DNA of 64,000 nucleotides. Source: Sulfolobales archaeon HS-7. Its GTDB lineage: Archaea > Thermoproteota > Thermoprotei_A > Sulfolobales > Sulfolobaceae. The position numbers were made by a program, and so were the translations under genes. The notes below the pieces were generated by a model. It was not told the origin of the DNA, searched no databases, and saw nothing but the letters and a program-made list of their open reading frames with translations. This document shows, one piece after another, positions 32,638-42,744 of the stretch (positions are counted from its first letter, which is position 1; every line of letters begins with the position of its first letter). The DNA lies in the NCBI GenBank assembly GCA_019704295.1, contig AP024596.1, positions 1,152,001 to 1,216,000 on the forward strand. The letters run 5' to 3'.

Positions 32638-32695
32638 ATGAGTCAAAAGTTCATAAATTTGACTCTTATAATGAGTCAAAAGTTCATAAATTTGA
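32638..32695. repeat. Perfect 25 bp direct repeat x2 (33 bp period), operator-like
   Basis: ATGAGTCAAAAGTTCATAAATTTGA at 32638 and 32671; GAGTCAAA..TTTGACTC dyad. Confidence 0.85.
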
Positions 32696-32765
32696 ATCCT
32701 TAAATGATTCTCGACAAATCCTTCATAGGTATTTTTACCTAACGATCACCTGTGTGGAGGAGAGT

Positions 32766-33350
32766 ATGAAGTTTTGGCCTGCTATTGTTAACGCTAGACT
32801 AGTATTCAAACTAACGTTGGGTTTCAAATTAATGAGAGAACGTTAAACATAAAGTCTAAGAACGTTGAAGGCATCCATAAGGCACGTTTATTCGAAGGTC
32901 ATTACGAGTCGAGGCCGAAAAACTTCACCGTTTATCAGAACATAAAAACCAAGGTGTTTGATTTGTATATGATGACGTCCTTTGGTGCCATGGTTCCCAG
33001 TGTTCTACAGAATGAGGCGTGCTATGTATAACGCTATGAGAGATCATCGCTTGACTATAAAGGTTTGACTAAGTATGATCTAGGATTGGCAGGAACCTTA
33101 GGATTTATGGAAACCTTGACCAGTACTTCGTGCTAGCAAGGCGTTATACGCTTAGATGTGTTATGCGGAATCCATGTAGGGCCTCACATTGGATAAAAGA
33201 AGCGTTATGGAGTGTTCCTGGTAACTAAATTTATAGAAATCGAGAGTCGACTATTAAGAACGCTTCCTGAGAGGAATTGAGTAGAGTTGTTGAGGAACTT
33301 CATCAAAAAGGAAGAGATTAGGCACACTTTACTAAAAATCAAACTGTAAT
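32766..33350 (+). pseudogene. Decayed ORF of unknown function
   Basis: Protein-like reading frame with several in-frame stops, ending at TAA ~33350. Confidence 0.3.
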
Positions 33351-33441
33351 AAATTGTTTTCTTACCATATATTTTCCATATTGTTGTATTAATAAATCTT
33401 AAAAGGCAAAAACTTTTTAAGCGAAGCGAATATAACGTATT

Positions 33442-34341
33442 GTGTCCCATGCTAAAGCTTCGACGAATTATGCCGAAATAATTTCTGAAGTAATCAATAA
33501 GGAAAATAAGATAAGGCTAATTCTCAAGACTTTCGGTATTAAACGCGCATTTTTGACACAATTGAGAAAGGACTACTCCTTTCGATTATATCCTGTATTC
33601 TTTTCCGAGGACTTTAACCTCAGTAAGAGGGTAGTTTGGTGTAGGAACTCAAAATTAAAGTACAGCATGGCTATGTCAATATTCGACTCTGTCATGAATT
33701 TATTCAGAGGGGATATAGAAACGAGTTCCTTTGTAACCGTCTTATTTACGGATTCTCAATCAAAAGATGGATTAAACGAAGTTATAAACTACCTTAACGA
33801 TTTAGGATTAGCGGAATGTGAGGTATTTAACGTTAGAAAAACCGTCAAGTTAACGAGAGAACCGAGTTGTTTCGATTTCGAAAAGGGGACGTGGGTTTGC
33901 GGAGAAGTATTAAATACGTATGGGAGGGACGCATCAGTCATAAGCAACAGCTTTGATGTTAAAGACGTGATCCTGTCCAACCATATCTATCAAGGTGAAA
34001 ATATCAGGAAGCTAATTCACCATTTACCCCACATTCTTCCAACAATTCAGGGGTTCACTTACACTCTCAAGTCGAACGATTACATAGTCGACGTAATTGG
34101 GGAGGAACCTTTAGACACTTTTCCCAATACTGTCTGGTATTTGAAGCTTGATAGGAGATATCTAACCGAGATCCATCTATCTAAGGAGGAGTTATATAAG
34201 TTCTCACATTTGTGCAAAAGGGACAGTATAATAAGCATAAGAAGCGAGAGTTTTTCCAAGGCTAAACCCCTTCCCGTAGAGTTTTTTAAAGAGGGAATTT
34301 GGAAGTTTCCTACAATAAAAGTAGTATATCAGGAAATGTGA
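33442..34341 (+). CDS. Uncharacterised protein, possibly a degenerate tandem Lrp/AsnC(RAM)-like regulator
   Basis: Two halves ending FDFEKGTW and FFKEGIW; TATA-like TTTTTAA ~25 bp upstream. Confidence 0.5.
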   Translation: MSHAKASTNYAEIISEVINKENKIRLILKTFGIKRAFLTQLRKDYSFRLYPVFFSEDFNLSKRVVWCRNSKLKYSMAMSIFDSVMNLFRGDIETSSFVTVLFTDSQSKDGLNEVINYLNDLGLAECEVFNVRKTVKLTREPSCFDFEKGTWVCGEVLNTYGRDASVISNSFDVKDVILSNHIYQGENIRKLIHHLPHILPTIQGFTYTLKSNDYIVDVIGEEPLDTFPNTVWYLKLDRRYLTEIHLSKEELYKFSHLCKRDSIISIRSESFSKAKPLPVEFFKEGIWKFPTIKVVYQEM

Positions 34342-34574
34342 GTACAGTAAACTTTTATAATTTTGTTTCTGTGAAAAATTATTTTCTTGTTACTCCGATG
34401 AAAAAATTAACTATTGCGAAAAAGGAAGGGATTAGACTAAATAAGTTTTAAATGACAACTCGGTTGACTGAAAATAATTAACTGTGTTTCCGCGGTAGGT
34501 ATCATATGTACTTAAGGTTTAAGGGGAAATATTTATAATGAGTTAGGACAGAAAAGCTTATAGGTGAGTGAAAG

Positions 34575-35978
34575 GTGATGCTAAGGCTTACTAGAGGATC
34601 TGTTGGAATTAAGGAAGCTTATAGCCAGGCTATGGCCGTTACCGCTCCCCTGGGTAGCGTAGTTTCAACTACGACTGCTGCTGTAGCTTATGCCGGAGGA
34701 GGGGTATTATTAGCGACCTTCCTAGCTCTGTTAGCTAGTGCTATGTGGATATTTACGTTAACGCGATATTCCGGGAAGGTGGCATCAGCGGGGGGATTTT
34801 ACTCCTTTTCCTCAGCTGCGTGGGGAAGTAAAAAAGTGAGCTTCTTCGAGGCATTCATTGAAATTGGAGCTTACGTTATTCTAAATGCTGCGAATGTAAT
34901 TGCGACTATAACGATACTAAAGTTCGTAAATAGCTTAGGATTTACGATTCCAAGTTTCATTAGCTGGCTCGTTCTGGGTATTTGCGTGATTTACCCCACT
35001 CTATTATCTCTGTACGATGTGAGGAAAGTATTAGGCAGAGTCGTTCTAATTGCGGGAAGTGCTGAAGTAGCACTATTGATAATGATGTTCATATACTCGG
35101 TAGTCACAAGGGGTTTTCAACCTCATTTATTCGTGTCAACCAGATCGATCGGAACAGGCGGATTCGCGTTAGCCTTTATACTTACCCTAGTTAGCATTTC
35201 TGGTGCTGGTGCAGCTACATATCTTGGAGAGGAGGCCAAACTTCCTACTAAGACGATTAATCTAGGGATGTGGCTGTCACTGATTATAGGGGGTATCGCT
35301 ATTTCCCTAGGCACTTACGGTTTACTCTCGCTTTGGTCAGGTCCTATTGCATCTATTCAGAACTCTCAACAACCTCTTTTAGCAGAGTTTAGTAGGATTG
35401 GAACTTTTCCGCTATTGCTCACAATGGTTTTAGCAATAAACAGCCTTGTTACGTCTAATATAGGCACGACTCTAGGGAGCGCTAGAATTCTGTTCAATCT
35501 TTCAAGAGAAAACGCTGCCCCTAAGCTATTTTCGAAAATGAGTAAAAGTGGTCAGCCAATAGTGGCCACTATAGTTATAGGTATCTTCACGGCGTTATTG
35601 TCAATTTTGCCGTCACTAGTTGAGGGATTTTACTCCGCGTTTTTAGACGTAAGTGCGATAGCCAGTATATTCTGGGTTACAGGAAGATTAATAGACTCTG
35701 CGGGTGTTCCGGTTTTCCTAATGAGAATAAGGCGTCTGAGTGTAATGAGTTTAATAATCCCGTTAGTGGTTACTGCCCTAAATGTGTGGGGAATAAGCGT
35801 ATCTGTGTCGCAGTTTGACATCGTTCAAGCGGGCATAATAACCATAACTGCAGGGTTACTAATACTATGGTACGCCAGGTACGGTAGGAAAGGTAAACCA
35901 GGTTCTCTCATGGTAGATGATAAAGGAGAGCTAATAACAAGAGACGAATTGTTAAAGAGGTTAATAGCGGGTACTTAA
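34575..35978 (+). CDS. APC-family amino acid permease
   Basis: About 12 TMs; SAGGFY, GEEAK and ARILF motifs. Confidence 0.88.
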   Translation: MMLRLTRGSVGIKEAYSQAMAVTAPLGSVVSTTTAAVAYAGGGVLLATFLALLASAMWIFTLTRYSGKVASAGGFYSFSSAAWGSKKVSFFEAFIEIGAYVILNAANVIATITILKFVNSLGFTIPSFISWLVLGICVIYPTLLSLYDVRKVLGRVVLIAGSAEVALLIMMFIYSVVTRGFQPHLFVSTRSIGTGGFALAFILTLVSISGAGAATYLGEEAKLPTKTINLGMWLSLIIGGIAISLGTYGLLSLWSGPIASIQNSQQPLLAEFSRIGTFPLLLTMVLAINSLVTSNIGTTLGSARILFNLSRENAAPKLFSKMSKSGQPIVATIVIGIFTALLSILPSLVEGFYSAFLDVSAIASIFWVTGRLIDSAGVPVFLMRIRRLSVMSLIIPLVVTALNVWGISVSVSQFDIVQAGIITITAGLLILWYARYGRKGKPGSLMVDDKGELITRDELLKRLIAGT

Positions 35979-35993
35979 GTTAATGACAATACC

Positions 35994-36860
35994 TTATAAT
36001 ACGTCTATTTCCTTTACCCTTGGTAGTACTCCTCTTTCCTCAGCTAGCTTGTAGAACACTTCCATTCCCGACTTTACTTTCTCAAAAGGAACATTATACT
36101 CATCAATATCAGTCCTTATCGTACTCTCCATTATTCCCTTATCGAAATTAGTCCCGTGGACGGAAGACATTATCTCCGCGTCTTTTTTTATAATGGTTTC
36201 CAAGTTCCTCTCCGCAAACCTCTTTGACCTTTCGTATAGGGATTTGAACTTCAGTCCAACTTCTTTGCCTAGTTCCTTGTTAAATACAACCATGCCCATT
36301 GGCATTGGCAAGCTTGATGAAAACTCCTTCCATAATTCCCACATGCTGCCCACCTTATACACCTCCTTACCTAGTTTCTTAAGCTGGTACATCGCCTTTA
36401 TCTCATGTACAGCAACTATAACGTCCCCCTCCCTTCCCAATGCGTTCAATTCGTCGATGACTTTCCTCACCACTACTAGCCTCCTGTACTTCCCGATGAA
36501 GAGCTTATATAAAGTAAAAGCCGTGGTATTGAGTCCGTGAACTATTACCCTTGAATCCGGCAGTTCATCGAACTTCATCTGATTTGCCGCTAGAATCGGC
36601 ATTCCGGTGATTCCGTCAGTCGCAGCAGCTACTCCGTTTGACATCACAAAATAGAAATCTTGAATATACGGATAGAGTGCTGCCGATGGTACTGAGACGT
36701 CAAGTTCTCTCTTTATTACCCTTTCGTTTATATCCTGCACTGTCTGTATGACCTCAAATTCCGTATTTATTCCTTCCTCCTTAACCCAACCCTCCATAAT
36801 AGGAATCATCGGGTATAAATCTCCTGAATCAGCTAATGCCCCTACTCTTATCGTTGTCAT
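35994..36860 (-). CDS. MqnA/MqnD (VitK2_biosynth) family periplasmic-binding-fold protein
   Basis: G.NTTA..L, VHE and W......PMPMG motifs resemble MqnD. Confidence 0.7.
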   Translation of the reverse strand: MTTIRVGALADSGDLYPMIPIMEGWVKEEGINTEFEVIQTVQDINERVIKRELDVSVPSAALYPYIQDFYFVMSNGVAAATDGITGMPILAANQMKFDELPDSRVIVHGLNTTAFTLYKLFIGKYRRLVVVRKVIDELNALGREGDVIVAVHEIKAMYQLKKLGKEVYKVGSMWELWKEFSSSLPMPMGMVVFNKELGKEVGLKFKSLYERSKRFAERNLETIIKKDAEIMSSVHGTNFDKGIMESTIRTDIDEYNVPFEKVKSGMEVFYKLAEERGVLPRVKEIDVL

Positions 36861-37078
36861 ATTCCTTAATACCTTATCTACATTAAAAAACTTCATTTAA
36901 CCCAGTGATTAGAAGGTAATATATTAACGACTAGACGAGTAGGACAAATCTATTATAAGTTAAGTTGGAGTATTCGCTTTTCATGACGATATAGCTAATT
37001 ATAAAGGAAGTGATTCAGTGTTAGGGTATTCTGAGGAAAGTTAATTAATATGTATGAGTAAAAACCTCAGAAAACCAC

Positions 37079-37681
37079 ATGGGTGTAATTGTTTTCATAA
37101 GGCATGGACAGAGCGTTTCTAACGTGATGAGGATACTCACCTGTGATAACGAAGGCTATCCCTTAACGGATGAGGGAATATCGCAGTCTCAGGCTGTGGC
37201 AAATGAAATTGCTAAGTTAAGAGTCGAGAAAATCTTTACTAGTCCGGTAATAAGGGCTTACCAAACTGCCTCAATTATTGGGGAACGATTGGGGCTAATT
37301 CCAATTGTGGATATGAGGCTGAGAGAAAGAGGTTTAGGAGAACTCAACAACACCAGAATAACGGATTATCACTGGAAGATAAAACTGTATCAAGGTATGT
37401 ATAAGGGCGTTGAGAGCTGGGAGGAGATGCAAAACAGGATGCTTCACTTTGTGAACTCAATAAGCAATTACTCGGTAGTAGCAGCCGTCTCTCATAACGA
37501 TCCGATAAAAAGCGTAATAGGACATTACCTAAATATGGACGATATATCGATGTTTGGCCTGGTTATTAATAATGCTAATATGACAATAATTAACACTGAA
37601 GCAGATAAGCCCATATTAGCCCTGAGCACACCGCTCCTCTCGAGAAATCTGTTAAACAACCTCCGTTCTTACGTTAAGTAA
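37079..37681 (+). CDS. Histidine phosphatase / cofactor-dependent phosphoglycerate mutase
   Basis: RHG, SP..RA.QTA, LRE and SH motifs. Confidence 0.88.
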   Translation: MGVIVFIRHGQSVSNVMRILTCDNEGYPLTDEGISQSQAVANEIAKLRVEKIFTSPVIRAYQTASIIGERLGLIPIVDMRLRERGLGELNNTRITDYHWKIKLYQGMYKGVESWEEMQNRMLHFVNSISNYSVVAAVSHNDPIKSVIGHYLNMDDISMFGLVINNANMTIINTEADKPILALSTPLLSRNLLNNLRSYVK

Positions 37682-38335
37682 CGACAGATAGCTGCCAATT
37701 GAATCCCTTATCCCTCTGTTCAGGTTATCTATAATCCCTGTAGTAATCTTGACTGAATTTCTTTTCACCGTTCTCTCCACCAATTCATATGAGAGGTTAG
37801 CTATCTGATACTTCGAGATAATGTGACCGAAGCAATATCCCTTCAGAGCCATTTTCGTAAAAACTGGCGCGTAGTGGCCTCCTCCGAAACCAACCGCGAA
37901 TTCCTTGCAGTCTCCTCCTTTCCCTATCGCTTGAACAACAGAATCCGCTAGGAATTTCACCGCTTTTTCATCGTTCCATTCTCTCTCAGTACTGCCTAAT
38001 TCCGCAAAGACGATGGGGGATTTTATTTTATAAGGACCGTGGTGCGTAGCTTCGAACGAGGCCTTTATACCGAACGGATTACCATATAGGTTTCTGAGAA
38101 TGGAAGTTCCTAGAACGGGTTCGGCAATTCCTAGTTCAGTGGAGGCATCGCCTACGAAGTGGACTGTGAACGCAGGAGTCTTACTACTACTTTCATGTCT
38201 TGAAATAACTACTATTGGTTCATCAGACTCATAATGCAATTCTGTAGGATCCTCATCTACTATATGCCCATCGAATCCAAGTTCGATCAGTTTTTGTCCA
38301 ACCGGGTCCCTATTAGATATGATAATTACAACCAT
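37652..38335 (-). CDS. dtdA: Archaeal D-aminoacyl-tRNA deacylase
   Basis: SRH, TVH, EATHHGP, ELGS and GFGGGHY motifs. Confidence 0.92.
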   Translation of the reverse strand: MVVIIISNRDPVGQKLIELGFDGHIVDEDPTELHYESDEPIVVISRHESSSKTPAFTVHFVGDASTELGIAEPVLGTSILRNLYGNPFGIKASFEATHHGPYKIKSPIVFAELGSTEREWNDEKAVKFLADSVVQAIGKGGDCKEFAVGFGGGHYAPVFTKMALKGYCFGHIISKYQIANLSYELVERTVKRNSVKITTGIIDNLNRGIRDSIGSYLSLLNVRTEVV

Positions 38336-38343
38336 TATGTAAA

Positions 38344-38793
38344 TTACCTCGCCTGAAAGAATAGAGCTCCCTTCTTATCTCGCCACAAGTAGAGCACCCC
38401 GCGATAGTAGAGGTATACTAATCCTCTCAAAGTGTTCAGTAGGGTATTATATTCCTCGGTAGTCCAACTCCATTTATGACGACTGAACATGAGATCAGTT
38501 AACGTTAAGTTCCCCTTGAGGTAACTGCCTCTGGGCCAGGTCTTTAAGGAAAATACGGGATAAACCAAGATTAATTCTCTACCTAATTCCCTGATCCCAT
38601 AACCCGTGTCCTGTCACCTCAGAGACGGGGAGGGCTCTCTCAAATCGCGCTCGATTAAATCCTTCTCATGCACCTCGTGAAAGCACAAATCCGCGTAACC
38701 TAAAGTGTTGCGGACTTCATACCCAAATTTCAACCTAGTCCTTAACGTCTCTTCGTTAGTTAACGTTAGAAGTCGCAATCCTAGGTCAGGCAT
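38344..38793 (-). pseudogene. 150-codon ORF interrupted by one in-frame TGA
   Basis: ATG at 38793, TGA at 38614-38616, same frame continues to TAA at 38344; TATA-like element upstream; 8 bp gap to dtdA. Confidence 0.55.
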
Positions 38794-39253
38794 TATTGAA
38801 ATTGTTGAAAAAAGGAGTATTTAAGTATAAGGGGTTTATCCGTCCTCACAATCTTCAGCCTTTTAACTCGTCTGTCCCTTACCTTCATTTCAATCACCCT
38901 ACTTTCATTCACGATCTCTATAGGATCTTAAGCCTCGACCACCTTGTATGTGTCATGAAAATCCTTTGAGCTTAATGATACGGGGTTTGCATCTCTGTAT
39001 TTCCACTCTCATCCTTTTGGGCCTAACTCATACCGGTATGGAGGATCATCCTTATCAAAAATTTTATTGTATATAAAGATATTAACAGGGAAAAATTAAG
39101 TCCATTGAAATAACGCCCTTCTGAGTGCCTGGATTAACATGTATCTCCCAAACTAAAATGATTGATATGCTGTGGATTCCAGGATAACATTTTAAAAATG
39201 ATCATACTTCGCTTAATTTAATGAGGACTCGGGAAGCGTCATTCAAGCCTGGA

Positions 39254-39952
39254 TTAAGTTGGGTACATAGCGAGTTTTACTAATCTAATTGCGGTTAAAT
39301 GATTCCTGATCATCTCAATTTTCTCCAGAACTTTGACCATTCCTTCGTAAGGTCCGAAGAGCTCTGCGTTGTATACGTACACGTTTTCCTCAATACACCT
39401 GAATACTCTCATTAGGCGTATAAACGGCACGTATTCAAAAAACTCCTTGATATCTTCGTCCAAGAAGAACACTTCAATCATGAAATCCCTAGTTCCGTAG
39501 TCGATTAAGAAACTGGAGAAAAATCCACTGTGAAGTAATTGTAAAGACCTCTCTAACCCTAAATTCTCTACCTCTATTAGGTTGGAGCCAAATTTTCTGA
39601 TCGCCTCTATTCCTTTTCGCAGTTCCATCGGTGTCAAGTGATTAGAGGACGATTTTGAGGGGGCGGCTTTGACATTTACGGAGTACCAAACGTCCTTTTT
39701 AGGGTCGTAAGATTCAGGGATTCCTGAGTAGTTCAATAGACTGACGAACTCTAACTTGTCCATTATTCCGCTTCCCCTATAAGGAGTTATGTGTTCTAAC
39801 CGTTCAAAGTTCCTTTCGTAATGTTTTACAATACTATCATTTACAACCCCAAAAAGCCTTAGTTGCTTAACAATGCTCTTATAGTAAGTCAACGAAGGCA
39901 TGGATAATTCCCTACCGTTTTTCGCATTATTTACGAACCAGCTAAATTTCAT
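39254..39952 (-). CDS. Uncharacterised protein
   Basis: 232 aa ORF; YDPKKDVW echoes the FDFEKGTW motif of 33442-34341. Confidence 0.55.
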   Translation of the reverse strand: MKFSWFVNNAKNGRELSMPSLTYYKSIVKQLRLFGVVNDSIVKHYERNFERLEHITPYRGSGIMDKLEFVSLLNYSGIPESYDPKKDVWYSVNVKAAPSKSSSNHLTPMELRKGIEAIRKFGSNLIEVENLGLERSLQLLHSGFFSSFLIDYGTRDFMIEVFFLDEDIKEFFEYVPFIRLMRVFRCIEENVYVYNAELFGPYEGMVKVLEKIEMIRNHLTAIRLVKLAMYPT

Positions 39953-40306
39953 TACCGAATGAACTCTAACATAAATCGAATATAAAGGAATTGGTATTAC
40001 TGCTATATGTATCTAGTAAACATAACTCGGAACTTATCAAGGGATTAACGTATTTCTCATGAGTAGGATCTCTCTTTTTTTGAAGGAACTGCATGACTAT
40101 GGCGTGTGAATTTTACGATTAATAGGCTAAAAACGTCTCCATATATACCTAGGACGCTGCGGTTTCAGATGAGCATTAGTAAGTAAAAAGTAAGCCTAAA
40201 CAAAGTGCTTATTTGAGATCCCCTGGTGGTGTACTCTTTAAACTAGGCAAAAACCTAAACTTGATAGCGGGATAAACGTTTTCTATGAGGTTACGAAAAT
40301 ACCTTT

Positions 40307-41221
40307 ATGAGGTATGCGATATTCGATTCAGATACTGCAAGTGATGACGCTATCGCCTTACTAACATCAGCCAAGTTCTTTAGATTAATAGCGGTAACAA
40401 TAGTGGCAGGAAATGTGGATTTCGATCAGCAGGTGAGAAATGCAATATTTACTTTGGATTACTTTGGCTATGATGAAATTCCGGTATATCAAGGTGCCAG
40501 ACGACCGATTATGGGTAAGTGGGAGTACGCGAAAGAGGTGCACGGGGAGAACGGAATGGGGGAAATACAGGAAGTCAACGTGAAGAGGTCGGCTAGTATA
40601 GGCTTTGCCCCTGACGTAATACTGGAGATGGCTGAAAGATATTCGGGAGAACTTGAGATTTTCGCAGTTTCACCGTTAACAAACATAGCTCTAGCGTACT
40701 TGAAGGATCAACGTCTTCCAAAGAAGATAAAGAAGCTATGGATCATGGGAGGGGCTTTCTCTAGGGGAAACGCGTCACCCATAGCTGAGTATAATTTCTG
40801 GGTAGATCCCGAGGCAGCGTCCTTAGTGCTTAACGCAGGTTTTGATATAACAATTGTACCTTGGGAGACATGCGAACTCGGTGCAACTGTAGACGATTCG
40901 TTCTGGAACGAAATTTCCTCCCTCAAGACTAAAGCGTCGGAGTTCTTCGTAAAAGTCAACTCCAAAATGAGAAATTACTCTAAAAGAAAGGGACAGAAGG
41001 GGAGCGTCCAGACGGATACCTTAACGGTAGCCGTAGCTTATAATCCTAATCTTATCCTAGAGTCAATAAGGGGGAAAGTTGAGGTCGAGACGTGTTCCAT
41101 GAGCAGAGGGGCTATGCTTGTAGATTATTACGGCTTAGAGGGAAAAGAACCAAATGCGACTGTCGTCTCTAGGATTGATGGTCAGGCGTTTCGTGAGTTT
41201 CTCCTAGATGTTCTCTCTTAG
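40307..41221 (+). CDS. Nucleoside hydrolase (IUNH family)
   Basis: DSDTASDD, HG.NG, PLTN and AEYNFWVDPEAA motifs. Confidence 0.93.
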   Translation: MRYAIFDSDTASDDAIALLTSAKFFRLIAVTIVAGNVDFDQQVRNAIFTLDYFGYDEIPVYQGARRPIMGKWEYAKEVHGENGMGEIQEVNVKRSASIGFAPDVILEMAERYSGELEIFAVSPLTNIALAYLKDQRLPKKIKKLWIMGGAFSRGNASPIAEYNFWVDPEAASLVLNAGFDITIVPWETCELGATVDDSFWNEISSLKTKASEFFVKVNSKMRNYSKRKGQKGSVQTDTLTVAVAYNPNLILESIRGKVEVETCSMSRGAMLVDYYGLEGKEPNATVVSRIDGQAFREFLLDVLS

Positions 41222-41615
41222 AGCACTCCGCGTACGCAACCAAACTTATTCCCCTTATTTTCATTCCCTCCTCAGTAACGCTCTTGATAAGGCCACTTAC
41301 GTCAACTGGAATATCTATGATCTGATCAGTGTCGATGCAAACGACGTTTACGTGGTCGTCCTTCTTCATTTCATACCACGCAACACCCTTAGCTTCAAAA
41401 GCATTCAGAATCCCGTATTCAGTTAACGTCTCAAGAGTATTGTAGACCGTGGAAAGGCTTATTCCCGGCTCTACCTTCTTTATACTCTCGTAGATCTGCT
41501 CTCCTGTGAAATGCCCTCCTGAAGAGATTATATTAAGAATAGCAAGTCTCTGCGGCGTTACCTTTAGACCTGCGGATCTAAGTTTCTCTGCTATTTCCTT
41601 TTGACTCATAGTCAT
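41169..41615 (-). CDS. Fur/PerR family transcriptional regulator
   Basis: GLKVTPQRLAIL, H.T, STVYNTL and H.N..C motifs. Confidence 0.9.
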   Translation of the reverse strand: MTMSQKEIAEKLRSAGLKVTPQRLAILNIISSGGHFTGEQIYESIKKVEPGISLSTVYNTLETLTEYGILNAFEAKGVAWYEMKKDDHVNVVCIDTDQIIDIPVDVSGLIKSVTEEGMKIRGISLVAYAECSKREHLGETHETPDHQS

Positions 41616-41693
41616 TACTACTCAGAAACAGTTATAAGCTTTCTCAGTGTTCGGGTCTCTTCATCACAATCTCAGGAAGACCCGCTCATCACC

Positions 41694-42641
41694 TCAGCCC
41701 GTTATGAACTGGTGTGTCTTTACCTTTCCGTTCTCTAATATTACCAACAGTGCGTGTAAAATACCTGCATTATATTCACTTCCAGGATTGAAAATCAGCG
41801 TTTCACCTATCCTATCGAATCCCCGCGACTCATGAATGTGCCCGTGAATTCCCAAGAGTGGTTTAAATTCTTCAATAACCTTTCTCACGCTCTTAGACCC
41901 CACGTGATCCGTTTCAATCTCCCCTCCCCTTACAACTGGCCTCAAATCTGAGGTTAGTTTAAATGCATTGTCGAGGTTAGTTCCGTAAGGGGGAGCATGA
42001 ACGTTGACCACAGTCCGAGAAGGATCCGATACCTTATCCATCATGCGTTTTATCTCGGAATGGATCTTTTCCTCAGGTGCCTCTCTGTAGGTATTCCATG
42101 GCGTGGGGTTAACTACGCCATAAGAGATCATCTCATAGTTTCCCGGAAGGGGTATTACCTCCCCCTCAGATCTCTTCATAACTTCCGGCGGGATTGCCTC
42201 AGCCGCGTATTCCGGATCGTCATTGCCCAGATTGTAGTAGATAGGTACATTTATTCCTTTGCTCCTAACTACGTCGCTCCAGCTCCTCAGCTTATCCGTA
42301 ATTGCCTGTTTAAACGCCTCTTCCTGAGCCCTTTTATTCTCGCTTAATTCCTCTAATTCCGTATGTGTTACTACCTTATAGTAAACTCCCTTCTCTGATA
42401 ACTCCTTCGTTAAGACCTGAAGGCGATCTGAGGTGTACTCCTTACCATCAAACTCGTAGACCCCGTTTCCCTTATCAATTATCGTCGCCAGTGCCTTCCC
42501 CGCCAAATCCCCTCCAATGATCAGGACATCAGCTTCGTACATCTTAGATGCATTTAGGAACTTCCTAAAGGTCACGTCGGAGCCGTGAAGATCTGAGGTA
42601 AAGAAAAGCCTTACGGATTTACCGCCTTTCTTACCGAACAT
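41694..42641 (-). CDS. Icc-related metallophosphoesterase
   Basis: SDLHG, GGD, GNDD, HAPP and HGHIHE motifs. Confidence 0.9.
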   Translation of the reverse strand: MFGKKGGKSVRLFFTSDLHGSDVTFRKFLNASKMYEADVLIIGGDLAGKALATIIDKGNGVYEFDGKEYTSDRLQVLTKELSEKGVYYKVVTHTELEELSENKRAQEEAFKQAITDKLRSWSDVVRSKGINVPIYYNLGNDDPEYAAEAIPPEVMKRSEGEVIPLPGNYEMISYGVVNPTPWNTYREAPEEKIHSEIKRMMDKVSDPSRTVVNVHAPPYGTNLDNAFKLTSDLRPVVRGGEIETDHVGSKSVRKVIEEFKPLLGIHGHIHESRGFDRIGETLIFNPGSEYNAGILHALLVILENGKVKTHQFITG

Positions 42642-42744
42642 TAGATCACAGGATAATTTAGAGTTCCCACTTAATTAGCTTAATCCGCCATAGTTGAGTT
42701 AAGGAGGAATAATCTTTTTAATTAGATTTTATAAGTTTATAGTT

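Noticed and set aside
32638-32695. 25 bp direct repeat considered as a mini-CRISPR
   Set aside because: Only 8 bp between copies and it sits in a promoter
41169-41221. Convergent 53 bp overlap of Fur and the nucleoside hydrolase as antisense regulation
   Set aside because: Short convergent overlaps occur repeatedly in this compact window
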